A stretch of DNA of 64,000 nt from the human T2T-CHM13v2.0 reference genome, Homo sapiens. The translations under genes were made by a program, and so were the position numbers. The stretch lies in assembly GCF_009914755.1 (NCBI RefSeq), contig NC_060934.1; one strand, 5' to 3'. This document shows, piece after piece, positions 1 to 13,885 of the stretch (position 1 is the stretch's first letter; the number at the start of each line of letters is the position of its first letter). The notes under the pieces are model-generated. The model saw only the letters and a list, made by a program, of their open reading frames with translations. It was not told the origin of the DNA and did not search any database.

Positions 1-1114
1 CCAATCCCTGTTGTAAAAAAGACACAAGAATGTACCTCTTGCACTGCTTATGGAAGCATTCAACTGGGTATAAAGAGTGTACTCAGAATGTGTCTGTGGA
101 GTTGAGCTGACATGTTTATATCCAGGAAGGAGTGAAGCAGGCCCATTTTGTTGTCAGATCTCCAGCTGTCCTTTGATTCCACTGTGGAACAGACGTTGTC
201 CTACTGACCTCCTTTAAGTTTCCGCCATGGTATCTGTTCCATGCACTAGCTGATTTTGTTCCCATGAGCTTTTCCAAGTGTACTCCAGGCCTGAACAAGT
301 GAAGCTTGAGAACCACTTTATTCACTGCTCCCCTGAGGGAATTTCTCCTATTGTGGGCTTTACAAGTGAGATACTTCTAAGAAATGAGGATCAGGTTCCC
401 ACTGGAAAAGCTGGTGGTAGCAGATTCCTGGACAAGAGAGAATCATTTTGTTTTCCTCTTTTTGTGGTTTTGGTTTTGTTTCTAACAATGAAGCTCTGGT
501 CACCACCAGTAAACCCATTGGAGGACACTATTTTCTTCCTTCTCTTTCTCACATCACCCAACAAGAAGGAAAAAGAACTACAGGGTGAATGGAAGGTTTT
601 CCAAGACATTTAGTTTTTCAAAATTTTCTAAAGCAGACCACAAATCACTCTAACTGATTCCAGTTGTAGGACGATGTGAGTCTAAGCTTGGATATACTCT
701 GCCAAGCAGACTGGGCAAAGTTTTAGCCAAGTCCACATATGGTAGGTGTTCAATAAATAGCTTTTTGATGGATTGGCTGAGTTTCGTTGTGCCAGATCAA
801 GCAATTTCCAAAGCAAAAAAAAAATTATGACTTTTTCTTTTCCTGTGCTAAAATGTACAGTGTGTACGTTGCTCCACAGGTCCCTGGGACTTGCCTGAAT
901 ATCTTCCAGTGCAGTGAAATGTTTGATTGGCCCACACTTCGAAAATGTAGTGAGAAATCAGAATATATCACCTTTTCCATTAGACTCTCAGGCCCTATTT
1001 AGTATCCCTAAATCCCATGGGTTCTCCTGCCTTTTGGGTACCTGTAGCCCACTTTGTCTAGAAGGGAAGGTCCTTATCTTCGCAAATAGACATCTATCTC
1101 CCCTTGTAAGCAGG

Positions 1115-1409
1115 TTTTAAAAAATTTTTGAGACAGGGTCTCCCTCTGCTGCCCAGGTTGGAGTGCAGTGGCAAGATCATAGCTCACTGCAGCTTTGAAC
1201 TGCTGAGCTCAACGGATCCTTCCACCTCAGCCTCCCGAGTAGCTGGGACTACAGGCACATGCCACCATGCCTGGCTATTTTTAAATTTTTTGTAGAGACG
1301 AGGTTTCATAGTGTTGCCCAGGCTGGTCTTGAACTCCTGGCCTCAAGTGATCCTTCCGCCACCTCTCCCAAAGTGCTGGGATTACAGGCATGAGCCACTA
1401 CCCCTGGCC
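1115..1409 (-). mobile_element. Alu (AluJ-like)
   Basis: Reverse-strand dimeric Alu: T-tract, gagacagggtct, gatcatagctcactgcagc (J-type), ends cctggcc. Confidence 0.95.
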
Positions 1410-1440
1410 ACATCAATGGTCTTAAAATAAGCTCATAAGC

Positions 1441-1798
<358 letters not shown>

Positions 1799-2449
1799 TC
1801 AGAGACTTCATTACCACACACGCAAAAAGCACCTCATCATGGACGAGCCCAGGGAGGAGGCCACCATCTCTCTTGCTGGTCTGGAGCCTACATGTTGCTC
1901 TGCCAACCCGGTTGGCTGGCTTCATTCCTCCTCTGCCCCTGGACTCTTGCTCAACCACCCCTACTGCCAACAAGACTGGTTGGCTGGGCCCCTGTTTCTC
2001 TGCACAGCCAGCTCTATCTTCAAGGGTTGTGGAGATCCTCTCAAGGGTGAAGCCAAGGGCGCATGCCTCCTCTTCATTAGCCCCTGGGGACATGCTCTTT
2101 TCTAGGTTGTTACTGCCCAAAGTATGGTGTGTGAATGAAAATAGAAATATAGAATCATCTGCCTCCGGCCAAGACTCAAGATGAGGGATTTGCTTCCCAC
2201 AGGAAGGGGCTTAGATGCAAAGTTGCCAGGAAAAATGGCAAATATCCACATATCCCTTAACCAAACACTATGATACTGTCCTTGTGTGCCGACATCCAGC
2301 TAGATCAAGTTCCATGGAGATTCTCAGAGGAAAAACAAATATCCCTGAGATCCAGGTGTTGAGGATAGAAAAACTTAAACTTAAGTCTTCATAGTTAATC
2401 AGGTGGATAGGAGAGGGATGCCTGTGCTGAGCCATTTGCGTGTCATACC

Positions 2450-2518
2450 TAGGGTGACCGACCGTCTCTTTGCCCAGGACTATCTTGATTTTAGCAAGGA
2501 AAGTCCTTTGTCCCAGGA
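2450..2518. mobile_element. MER81-like hAT-Blackjack MITE fragment
   Basis: tagggtgaccgaccgtc...gcccaggact...ttttagca..gaaagtcc resembles MER81 terminus. Confidence 0.6.
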
Positions 2519-2816
2519 GCAAGTATCATATTTCTGTGGTATTTTGCCCAGTAACACCCAGCCAAAGGCACACAGTAACTACATGTTATTTACTTGACAG
2601 ATTGGCCAAATTTACACGTGACAGCTAAAGTAACTGGGAGTTGGTTTCATTTGTGGTCTTAGTACAATGGCTTGGAAAGGAAGCAGTGAAGCTTTAGATA
2701 AGGCAATCTTATTTTCTTCATACTTTTGTGATATCAGTCTTCACATCACAAATTTACAGCCATATTTGGAATATTTTTTAAGCAGGGCCTTTCTTTCATT
2801 GCCCAGAAAATTTTAA

Positions 2817-3287
<471 letters not shown>

Positions 3288-3376
3288 TAGTGCCCAGATT
3301 GGAGTAAGCAGTTTTGCTTTTCACCCAGACAGCAGGGCCATCCCTTCAGCTGATGCCTTCCCTAAAGAAATGAGGT

Positions 3377-3776
<400 letters not shown>

Positions 3777-4056
3777 TCAAGTTAACATCTAGCTTTCTTG
3801 CCCCCCAAGGCTCAAGCAAAGCCCAATCAGGACCAGCTGCCACCTTTCACAGAGCAAATCCCTGAGCCAGCTGATAATCATGTGTGACCTGGGCATTGGC
3901 TGCGGAGAGGCAGCAGCCACCTGAACCAACAGCTTCCAGGTGCTGGTGCTGTCCACGTTCTCCTCCTGCCTTGTAAAAGTTGAACTCCTTCTGCTGGCTG
4001 GGAAAGGCCCTCTTCTTGGAATGCTGAGAACAAGTGGTTTCTGGAGCACAGCTCAA

Positions 4057-4630
4057 TCTCTCCTTCCCTTCCCTCCCCTCCTTTCACTTCTCCTCCTCCT
4101 CCTTTTCTTCCTCATCTCCTCCTGCCTCCTATTCCTCCTCCTCCTCCTCTCCACCTCCTCCCTCCTCCCCTCTCTTCTGCCTCATCCCTTTCTCATCCTC
4201 TCTTCCTCTTCCTCCTCTCTCCTCCACCTCTTCACCTGCTCTCTCCCACTCCTTTCTTCTTTTCCTCCTCCCTCCTCTCTCCTCTTCTTCCTCCTTCTTT
4301 CTCCCAGCCTGCTCCTCTTTCTTCCCCCCTTCTCTCTCCTCTCCTCATCTTCACCTTCTCTCTACTCCTGCTTTCTTCTCCTTCTCCTCTTCCTCCTTCC
4401 CTTCTCTCTCCTCCTCTTCCTCCTTCTTACTTCCTCTCTCCCCTGCTTCCTTACACTCTCTTCCTCCTGTTTACCTCTTCTTCCCCCTTCCCTCCTCTTA
4501 CCCTCTCTTCCTCCTCTTTTTTCTCCCCTTTTCCCTCCTCCTCTTTACCTTCTTTCTCTTCTTCTCCTTCTCTCCTTTTCTCCTCCTCTTCACCTCCTCT
4601 CTTCTCCTATTCTCTCTTCCTCCTTCTTTT
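4057..4630. repeat. Polypyrimidine (CT-rich) low-complexity tract, left part
   Basis: Almost exclusively C/T on + strand (TCC/CTT motifs). Confidence 0.95.
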
Positions 4631-4920
4631 TTATTTTTGAGATGGAATCTCACTCTGCTGCACAGGCTGGAGTGCAGTGGCGCGATCTCAGCTCACTGCT
4701 ACCTCCGCCTCCTGGACTCAAGTGATTCTCCTGCCTTGGCCTCCCGAGTAGCTGGGATTACAGGCACCTGGCACCACACCTGGCTAATTTTTGTATTTTT
4801 AGTAGAGACAGGGTTTCACCATGTTGGCCAGACTGGTCTCGAATTCCTGACCTCAGTTGATCCACTCACCTCAGCCTCCCAAAGAGCTGGGATTACAGGC
4901 ATGAGCCACTACGCCTGGCT
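4631..4920 (-). mobile_element. Alu (AluSx-like) inserted in the CT tract
   Basis: Full dimer; TSD tcttcctc(c/t)ttctttt at 4615-4630 and 4921-4936. Confidence 0.95.
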
Positions 4921-5205
4921 TCTTCCTCTTTCTTTTCCTCCCCTTCTCTTTCCTCTTCTCTTTCTCCACCTCTTTCTCTCTCCTCTTCTCTTTCTCCACC
5001 TCTTTCTCTCTTCTCTTCTCTTTCTCCTCCTCCTTCTCTCTCCTCCTCCCCTTTCTCTGTCCTCCTCTTCTCTTTCTCCCCCTCCTCTTCCTCCTCCTTT
5101 CCCTCCTGCCTGCCTCTCCTGCCCCCTTCATTTTGCCAGCACCTCTCCTCTTTCTCTCTCTTCCTCTCACTCCACACACCTCCTCTCCTTTTCCTCTTCT
5201 CTTCC
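4921..5205. repeat. Polypyrimidine tract, right part, with ~3 copies of a 30-bp unit
   Basis: tcctcttctctttctccacctctttctctc at 4951-4980, 4981-5010, variant 5011-5040. Confidence 0.9.
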
Positions 5206-6384
5206 AGATGGAGGGTGCCACTCTAGGTCTTTAAGCTGTTTTATCTCCTTCATTCTTCACCCCTAGGAGCTGAGTCGCCTTTTCTGATCTGTACATTTCT
5301 TTTGGTCTCAACCCTTAATGCCCAGAGCCCATGGCTGTGCAAAGCACTAACCTCACTGATGTGCAACTGAGAGGCTATTTGCAACCAGAGAGCAGAGAAT
5401 CAATTTTTTCCCCACAGGACAGAATTGTAACATGAATCAGATCTTTAATTGGACTTGCCTCCCTGGGCTTAATTCCTCTTCTGTATACTTAGGGAAGTTA
5501 CCGAAATTACTTTTCACCTGTTTTGAGAAGATGGTAGGCGAGATTGGAAATGAGCTGGGGGTAAAAGATATGTGCAAATGGACATGAGTTTCGGGAAGAC
5601 ACTGTGCCTTTGGAGAGCTAAATATGAAAGAGTGTGGCTGCATTTGAGAGCCGGTAGTACAAAGGTTAATACATCACCTGTGTTCACAGCCCATCATTGA
5701 CCCGGAGCCATATTTGAGTTCTAGCTCCGTGCCATCATTCATTGGAGCATAGCCCTGGCTGAGGGTTCCTGGAGAGAACTTCTCATGGGTCACAGCCAGC
5801 ACTGCCCTACTGTGTCCAGAAGACTGGGACCCTCCAGGATGGAAGGGACTGGGGTGTCGATGAAAGGATTCAGTGCAGATATGAGGAGAGTGTCCTGTCC
5901 TTGGGCGAGTTCCTTGCATTTTTCCTCCCACATGGAAGCTGGCAGTTTCTGCTGAGATGGTTTTAGATGTACTTAGATAGTCAGCTTTCTGTCCGATCTT
6001 GTTAGAAGTTGCCATCCCCTTCTTTCTCAGGCCACTTTCACTTTTGTAACTGAGTGTGGATTTCTAACCTTTATGTAAGAAGAGTTACTTTTCATTTTGC
6101 CCAAATCATGCAGTTTGTGGAGGTCTTGGCTGTGAAGTCCCCCAGGCAGCAGGGCCCTGGGCCTATAGTGGGATCCCCAAAATCCTGGAAGGGCAGCAGC
6201 AGCTGGCTTAGAAATCCACACAAGGAGGGTTTCAAGTCGGCTAGCAGAGGTTTGCCTGGGACTCATCCAAGGCCATGACAGAACACTCTGCCAAAGCCAT
6301 CTGCGTGGTCCCTGATGCCAGGGGCACCCTGGGGAGGCTGTGGGTGGCAGCATAAGCTTCGACAAGCATGGGCCTGTGAGGCCA

Positions 6385-6567
6385 GATAGCACAGGCTCCA
6401 GTCCTGACTCGACACTCACAGCTGTGCAGCCTCGGTCAAGGTAGCATCCTCTCTTTGCTCACATTTATTTCTCTGCAAATTAAGGTTAATACTGTCTCCT
6501 TCACAGGGTAATTGTGAGGATGGAATGAGAGAAAGTCTGTACAATTCCTAACCAGGACCTAGTATAC
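6385..6567 (+). mobile_element. MIR fragment
   Basis: gctgtgcagcctcggtcaag...ctgcaaattaagg...cacagggtaattgtgaggatggaatgag resembles MIR core. Confidence 0.6.
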
Positions 6568-6575
6568 AGTTAGAG

Positions 6576-7563
<988 letters not shown>

Positions 7564-8584
7564 TCAAATAGGCAAAAATGTGGCAGAATAGATACAGAAA
7601 CTGACCCTTAGTACCTGCAAAATGTCTGTTTGCACAAAGGATCTATAGCAGAGGGCAACTTTCTTTTGGAGCAGTGGAGAGTATTGGGAGAGACCTGTTT
7701 CTCAAAGCAGCTGTCATGATGCCCAGAGTGGCAGGAAGACTAAAGTTTGATGTGTTAAAATGGCCTCAGACCCCTAAATATATATAAATTTAAAAAGAAT
7801 TTTATAAAAAGGCTTATTGTGGGGAAAAAGAAAAAAAAAATCTCAGGGTCCTTGTAGGAGTGAGTGCCAACCACTCCCTGAAGACAGGGTGTTTATAGTT
7901 GAGCTTCATTTTTCCAAGGCATACAGCATTTCTCCCCATTTGGAACTTGAAGTTGATGGTTGGGAGTAACAGTGTTCTTTAAACATTTTTTCTTTCCCTA
8001 GATGGAACATTCTTTCACATCTCAATTTGCAGGCATTCCCACAGAAGCGTCTGGCCCTCTTGGAATTTCTCATAACAATTCCAACTATCCCAGCTGCCAC
8101 CTCCAAGCAATACTATATTCACTCACAAGGGTCAGAACGCCTGGGGTCTGCTTTCACCTTGAGTACACACCCTCAGGTGCTAGTTACACGGAGGCCCTGT
8201 CATGGGCAGGACTTGGGCCTGCTGGGACAGTGCTAGGGAGAGTCTTATGCCCGCTGCCAGCAACCAGCACACTTTCTTCCTGCTCTCGTCCAAGAAGGTG
8301 GCTTTGTGGCATTGAAGTAGTTTGGATAGGAGAAATTTTTCCTTTGAAAATCATATCTGGTACATTAGTAAAATCATCACACTGTTTTCCTCTTTCTCAC
8401 TCTGACCCAGTAGACTTTCTTTTTTTAACTGATATCAACTAATAAGGCTGAGTTTTAGGTCTCTTCACTTATTTTCAGACAAAATCCTCTATGGATTAAT
8501 CCTGGTGGCTTAGAGAGGACAAGTTCTTCTGAGTATTGTCTCTCAGGGATGTGCACAAGAAGGGCCTCACTGTGAAATGAGGTG

Positions 8585-8950
8585 AAGAGGGTGTGTGGGC
8601 GTGGGGGAGCGTGTTAATGATTGTTCCTTCCCTTTTCTCTTCCTAAATGTTCTAATTTTGTATCTCCTTAGAATGAAGATAGCTGAGGGCGTGGCCAACA
8701 CACACCCAACATGTCTTCTCTTTAAAAGTTCAAATACAGCATTGCTATTTTTAAAAGACACATGGGGCTGTGCTGTCGTTGAACAATGCTAAGAGCTATT
8801 TGTGCTGGTCCCAACTTAACGCACAGCTGCCTGGGATGCTGACATCTTCATCTACAATGCGAAAAGTCAGCGCTCAACCATAAATACTTTCTGAAGGCCT
8901 GGGGAGGGTTCCAGCTGTGGCAGGAGTGGCATAGACTCCCAGCTGAAAAC
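8585..8950. promoter_or_regulatory. Candidate enhancer (KLF/CACCC + MEF2 + E-boxes)
   Basis: GGGCGTGG 8597 and 8687, CACACCC 8701, CTATTTTTAA 8745-8754, CAGCTG at 8824, 8912, 8940; motif-only. Confidence 0.35.
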
Positions 8951-9635
8951 ATTTTCACTTGGCAAATGGAAGACCATGAAAGAAAACCTGGCCATGCTGT
9001 AGGGTCCTGATAATTAGGGAAAGGAAGCAGGTACGTTGGAAATCCTGTGAGATCATGGCAAAGTGGAACAACATTTCTCCCTGTCCTATTTCTTGTTTCT
9101 TCTTCCCAACTCCACCCGACTTCAGCCTATGTACCAAAAAGTTAGAATGTCTTAGTAGAGCCGAAGGCCTGGGGAGGCCTCTCTGTCTCTCTCTGTCTCT
9201 GTCTTTATCATCTCTACCTCTGCCTTTATCTCTTGTTCCTTGTTGTCAATATCCCATCGTTAAAAACACAGGAGCATGAAGTAGCCACCTCTGGAAGATG
9301 CTCTTGAATAGGTATACAGGTATTCCTGAGCTCACACACGGACACAGCACAACCTGTAAATGCTTAAATGTGGGTGCATGCACATGTAAGCAACAGCACG
9401 TCAAGACAGAGCCACTCAGCATCATGGTCACAGCCCCCATAGTTGCACATGGCCAAATGGATGAGTGGTGGGAGACACCTGATAGGAAGTCCAATAACTC
9501 CAGCATTGGGCAGGACCCAGAAATACTTTAGACCCTTCACTAGATCCTTGAAAGGCAGTGGGATGGGAGGAAGGGGGAGTGGGCAATAAGGAAACATTCC
9601 CGGAGGTCGACAGAGCAGGGGCAGGAAGGGACAAA

Positions 9636-9928
9636 GGCCAGGCATGGTGGTTCATGCTTGTAATCCTAGCAATTTGAAGGGAGGATGAGGCAGCAAGATT
9701 GCTTGAGGCCATGAGTTCCGGACCAGCATGGGCAACACAGCAAGAGGCTGTCTCCACCAAAAAAAAAAAAAAAAAAAAATTAGATAAGTGAGGTGCTGCG
9801 AGCCTGTGGTTCCAGCTACTCAGTAGACTGAAGGAGGAGGATTGTTTGAGTTTAGGAGTTTAAGGCTGCAATGAACTCCTGCCACTGCACTCCAACCTGG
9901 GTGACAGAGTGAGACCCTGTCTCTCTTA

Positions 9929-9960
<32 letters not shown>

Positions 9961-10052
9961 CGAAAAAGAAGAAAGAAAGAGAAAGAAAGAAAGAAGAGAA
10001 AGAAAGAAAAGAAAGAAAGAAAGAGAAAGAAAGAAAGAGGTAAAGAAAAAGA
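9636..10052 (+). mobile_element. Alu (AluJ-like) with GA-rich tail
   Basis: gggcaacacagcaagag, ggctgcaatga J-type features; poly-A then (GAAA)n-like tail. Confidence 0.93.
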
Positions 10053-10899
10053 AGGAGCAGAGCCAGGCTATTCCAACCCTTTGACCTCTCCCATTTGAGG
10101 GAGAAAACATATCCCAACCAGCCTCACGTCAATGTGGGCACCCCCATCACTACCTGGGAAGACTCTTAAGGAGGGGCAGGCACTGGGCTTTTCCTCATCT
10201 GCTCAGTACAGTAGGGGTGACTGGATATCAGGGCCATTCATGGGAAATCGAGGCAGAAGGTAGTGAGAGGCACTGTGAGAGGCTGCCCAGTGGGTGTCAC
10301 AGACATTCACCTGGACTCACTCTGCAGGGTTACTACCCTTGGGGAAGAAATAAAATGGAAAGAAACAGAACCCTGCTATGATGGTTAACATTGTGTGTTA
10401 ACCTGACTGGGCCATGGGTAGCTGGTTAAATGTTGTTCCCAGATGTGTCTCCGTGGGTGTTTCCAGAAGGGCATTTGGATTGGTGAGCTGAACAAAGCAG
10501 ATGGCCCTCCCCAGGGTGAGTGGGCATCACCCCATCTGCTGAGGGTCTGAATGGAGCATAAAGCGGGAGGAAGGGTGAATTTGCTCTCTGCCTGGCTGCT
10601 TGGGCTGGAACATGGATTCTCCAGCCTTTGGTGCTCCTGGTGCTCACATCTTCAGACTTGGGGAAGTCACACCATTGGCTCTGTAGCTCTCAGGCCTCCC
10701 AACTAAATCACTGGCTCTCCTGGGTCTCCAGCTTGCAGAAGGTAGATCATGGGACTTCCCAACCTGCAGAGTCCAAATCTTTAGAGAGAAGCTAATTATA
10801 AGGTACTGGCTAACATGATTATAGAGGCTGAGAAACCCCATGACCTGCTGTCTACAAGCAGGGGACCAGGAAAAGGAGCTATATTTCTCTCATTGGTTT

Positions 10900-11723
10900 T
10901 GTGTTGTTATAAAAGAATACCTGAGACTGGGTAGTTTATAAAGAGGCTTATTTGGCTCATAGTTCTGCAGGCTGTATGAGCCTGGCACCAGCATCAGCTT
11001 GGCTTCTGATGAGCCCTCAGGGAGCTCTTACTCATGGCAGAAGGCAGAGGGGAGCAGGTGTGTGACATGGTGTGTTAGTTCGTTCTCACAGTGCTGTAAA
11101 GAAATGTCTGAGACTGGGTCATTTCTAAAGAAAAGAGGTTTAATTTTCTCATGGCTGTGCAGGATGTACAGGAAGCATGATGCTGGGGAGGCCTCCGGAA
11201 ACTTACAATCATGGTGGAAGGCAAAGGGGAAGTAGGCACGTCTTACATGGCAGGAGCAGGAGGAAGAGAGTGAAGGGGGAAGTGCTACACACTTTTAAAC
11301 AATCAGATCTCGGGAGAACTCACTCGCTATCACAAGAACAGGAAGCAGGAAATCTGCAGCATGATCCAATCACCTACCACCAGGCACCTCCCACAACACT
11401 GGGGATTACAATTCAACATGAGATTTGGGTGGGTACCCAAACCCAAACCATATCACATAGTGAGAGAGGGAGCAAGAGAAAGGGGAGGAGGTGCCAGCCT
11501 CCTTTAAACAAACAGCTCTCCTGTGAACTCACGGAGAGAGAACTCACTCATTACCATGGAGATGGCGGAGAGAGAATGCACTCATTACCATGGAGATGGC
11601 GTCTAGCCATTTATGAGGGACCCACTCCCATGACCCTAACACCTCCTACGAGGCCCCATTTCCAACAACGGGGATCACGTTTCAACATGAGATTTGGAGG
11701 GGAAAGATACCCAAACCATGTCA
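10900..11723 (-). mobile_element. MST (MSTB-like) MaLR LTR, itself interrupted
   Basis: aagaatacctgagactggg ... ccaaaccatgtca; 34-bp tandem duplication at 11532-11600. Confidence 0.85.
11071..11455 (-). mobile_element. MSTA-like MaLR LTR
   Basis: tgtgttagtt...aaccatatca; 5-bp TSD catgg (11066-11070)/catag (11456-11460). Confidence 0.9.
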
Positions 11724-11831
11724 AGTTCTGTTTCTCTGGAGAACACTGACTGATACACCCGTCTACCTCCCACCCTGCTGTGAGTGAGGTACCCCACGAG
11801 GCTGCAATTGGATCTAAGGAAAATGCCTGGC

Positions 11832-11863
11832 CTGCCGCACTGCTGAAAGCCAGCAGGGGGCTG
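11832..11863 (+). promoter_or_regulatory. Candidate CTCF site
   Basis: Core CCAGCAGGGGGCTG at 11850-11863; upstream-module-like TGCCG at 11833-11837. Confidence 0.55.
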
Positions 11864-12084
11864 TTTTGGTTTGTGCAAGCACTGACATGCAGTGATTGTT
11901 CTGGTCACCGCATGATCTCCTGAAAGGAAAAATGCTGAAATACCACAAAACTGTCTTATGAACAAAGTCCCAAATGCTCCCTTAACTGTCCTAGAACCTT
12001 AGGCTGCCACTGATGCTTACGTTTTTGAATCCTTTTTTCTCCCAGTTTCTACGTCTTTAATTCCCAAAGATCAAATTCTAATGG

Positions 12085-12450
12085 AGTTCCCCATATCACT
12101 TAGGTTAAGTGCCAAAGTCCTCACAATGGCCTGCAAAATCTTGCGCCCCTCGTGTCTCTGACCACAACATCATCAGTTATCCCATTGTCCACTCTGCCCT
12201 AGACCCTCTATCTCCTTACTGTTCCCAAATGTGAGGCAAGCACCCATCTCAGGGCCTTTGCTTTTGCTGTCCCCTCTTTCTGGAAAACTCTTCCCTCAGA
12301 TCTCTGTCAGGTGCCTTGTCACATTTCCTCAGGCCATATCGAAATGCCCCCTTCTCAGCAAGGCCTCCCCAGCCACCTGTCTCAAACCGCAAGTCCATTT
12401 CTCTACCCTCGTCTCCCTCCACTGCATTACTGCCCTCTTTAGCACTTCAC
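12085..12450 (+). mobile_element. L2 fragment
   Basis: ccaaagtcctcacaatggcc...ctcagggcctttgcttttgctgtcccctct typical of L2 3' region. Confidence 0.7.
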
Positions 12451-12474
12451 ATGAGCTAACTTCCATGCCATAAC

Positions 12475-12585
12475 TTCCTTCCCTTCTTCCCCCGTCTTCC
12501 CCATCCGATAGTCCCCAGTTTCTTTTGTTGACATCTTTATGTCCATGCATACCCAGTGTTTAGCTCCCACTGATAAGTGAGAACT
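12475..12585 (-). mobile_element. L1 3' UTR fragment (L1PA/L1PB-like)
   Basis: ctttatgtccatg...tttagctcccactgataagtgagaac. Confidence 0.7.
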
Positions 12586-13058
12586 TACTTTCTAGGTTTC
12601 TTGGCCTTTCTTGCCATTAGGTTGAGGCCATAGGACTAATTTTGGTTAGTGGATGGTGAGAGGAAGTGACATGTGCCACTTCTAACTGAGGCAATTAAAA
12701 ACCAAAAAGACCACATGTTCCAGATGGGGCAGCTGCAAGAGCAGAGCCTCCATCCACCCTGCCCTGAATGTCCGTGTGGAGCCGAGTGCCCTGTCAACAT
12801 GCATGACTCATGTTTGGGATGTATCACTATTGCCCCTAGTCTTCACCTAACTAATGAGCATGCTTTCACCCTGAAAACACTACTATTGCAACTTACAAAA
12901 CAAACAAAATAAAGATAATTCTTCATTGTGTAAGTTATTTTAAATAGCAACTTCTCTAGTAAAGTTTTTCTTTAGAGGTCACTAGCAATTGACATAGAAA
13001 AGAGGGATGATCAGGGGAAAGTGTTTGGAAGCATTGCCAATAGAAAATCAATGCAGAT

Positions 13059-13471
13059 GGCCAGGCACGGTGGCTTGCACCTGTATTCCCAGCACTTTGG
13101 GAAGCCAAGGTGGGCAGATCACTTGAGGTCAGGAGTTAGAGACCAGCCTGGCCAACATGGCAAAACCCCATCTCTACTAAAACTACAAAAATTAGCTGGG
13201 CGTGGTGGCATATGCCTGTAATCCCAGTTACTCAGGAGGCTGAGGCACGAAAATCGTTTGAATCCGGGAAGCTGAGGTTGCAGTGAGCCAAGATCCCACC
13301 ACTGCACTTCAGCCATCCTGGATGACAGAGTGAGACCCTGAAAAAGAAGAAAGAAGGAAGGAAGGAAGGAAGGAAGGAAGGAAGGAAGGAAGGAAGGAAG
13401 GAAGGAAGGAAGGAAGAGAGGGAGGGAGGCAGGGAGGGAGGGGGAGAGGGAGAGGGAGAGGGATGGGGGAA
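13059..13471 (+). mobile_element. Alu (AluSz-like) whose tail became a GGAA/GGGA microsatellite
   Basis: Perfect 17-bp TSD agaaaatcaatgcagat at 13042-13058 and 13472-13488. Confidence 0.96.
13356..13415 (+). repeat. (GGAA)15 microsatellite
   Basis: 15 uninterrupted GGAA units counted. Confidence 0.95.
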
Positions 13472-13885
13472 AGAAAATCAATGCAGATAATGGCATCACT
13501 GAAATAAGTCATTAGGGAAATATCATTCTTATAACATCTACAGATGTTCTGAAGAATTAGATCCATCTCCAAAACCCGCAGTATTTCTGGCTTACCGTCA
13601 GTGTTTGTTATTCTCTCTGATGGCCAGATCTCGGATGCTGGTATGTTTCCCTTTCCCAAGCTAACACATGCCGCTTCCATTCTTTCCCCAAGTGTTTCTT
13701 TGGTCATCTCTGTCTTCACTCCTCTCCCATGCCTCTAGGAGCACCACACAGACAGTAGCCTTCTTAGGAAGTGAACCAGGTCAATTCATTCCCTTCCTTG
13801 AAAGTGGTGGGAAAGGTCCAAACTCCATTCCACAACAGACAAGACTTTGTGCACAATCCTGCCGTGCTTCTCTCTTCCACCTCAT

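Larger units (their letters stand above)
10377..11757 (+). mobile_element. MLT2 (ERVL) LTR hosting nested MST LTRs
   Basis: 5' tatgatggttaac..gtgttaacctgactggg; 3' gttctgtttctctggagaacactgactgataca at 11724-11757; flanks cctgc/cccgt. Confidence 0.85.

Noticed and set aside
3940-5266. Long ORFs (410 aa at 4034-5266; 261 aa at 3940-4725)
   Set aside because: Stop-poor because of the C/T tract plus antisense Alu; S/P/L/F low-complexity; no splice or domain evidence.
11177-11749. 190-aa ORF
   Set aside because: Lies across nested MST LTRs; chance frame in non-coding LTR sequence.
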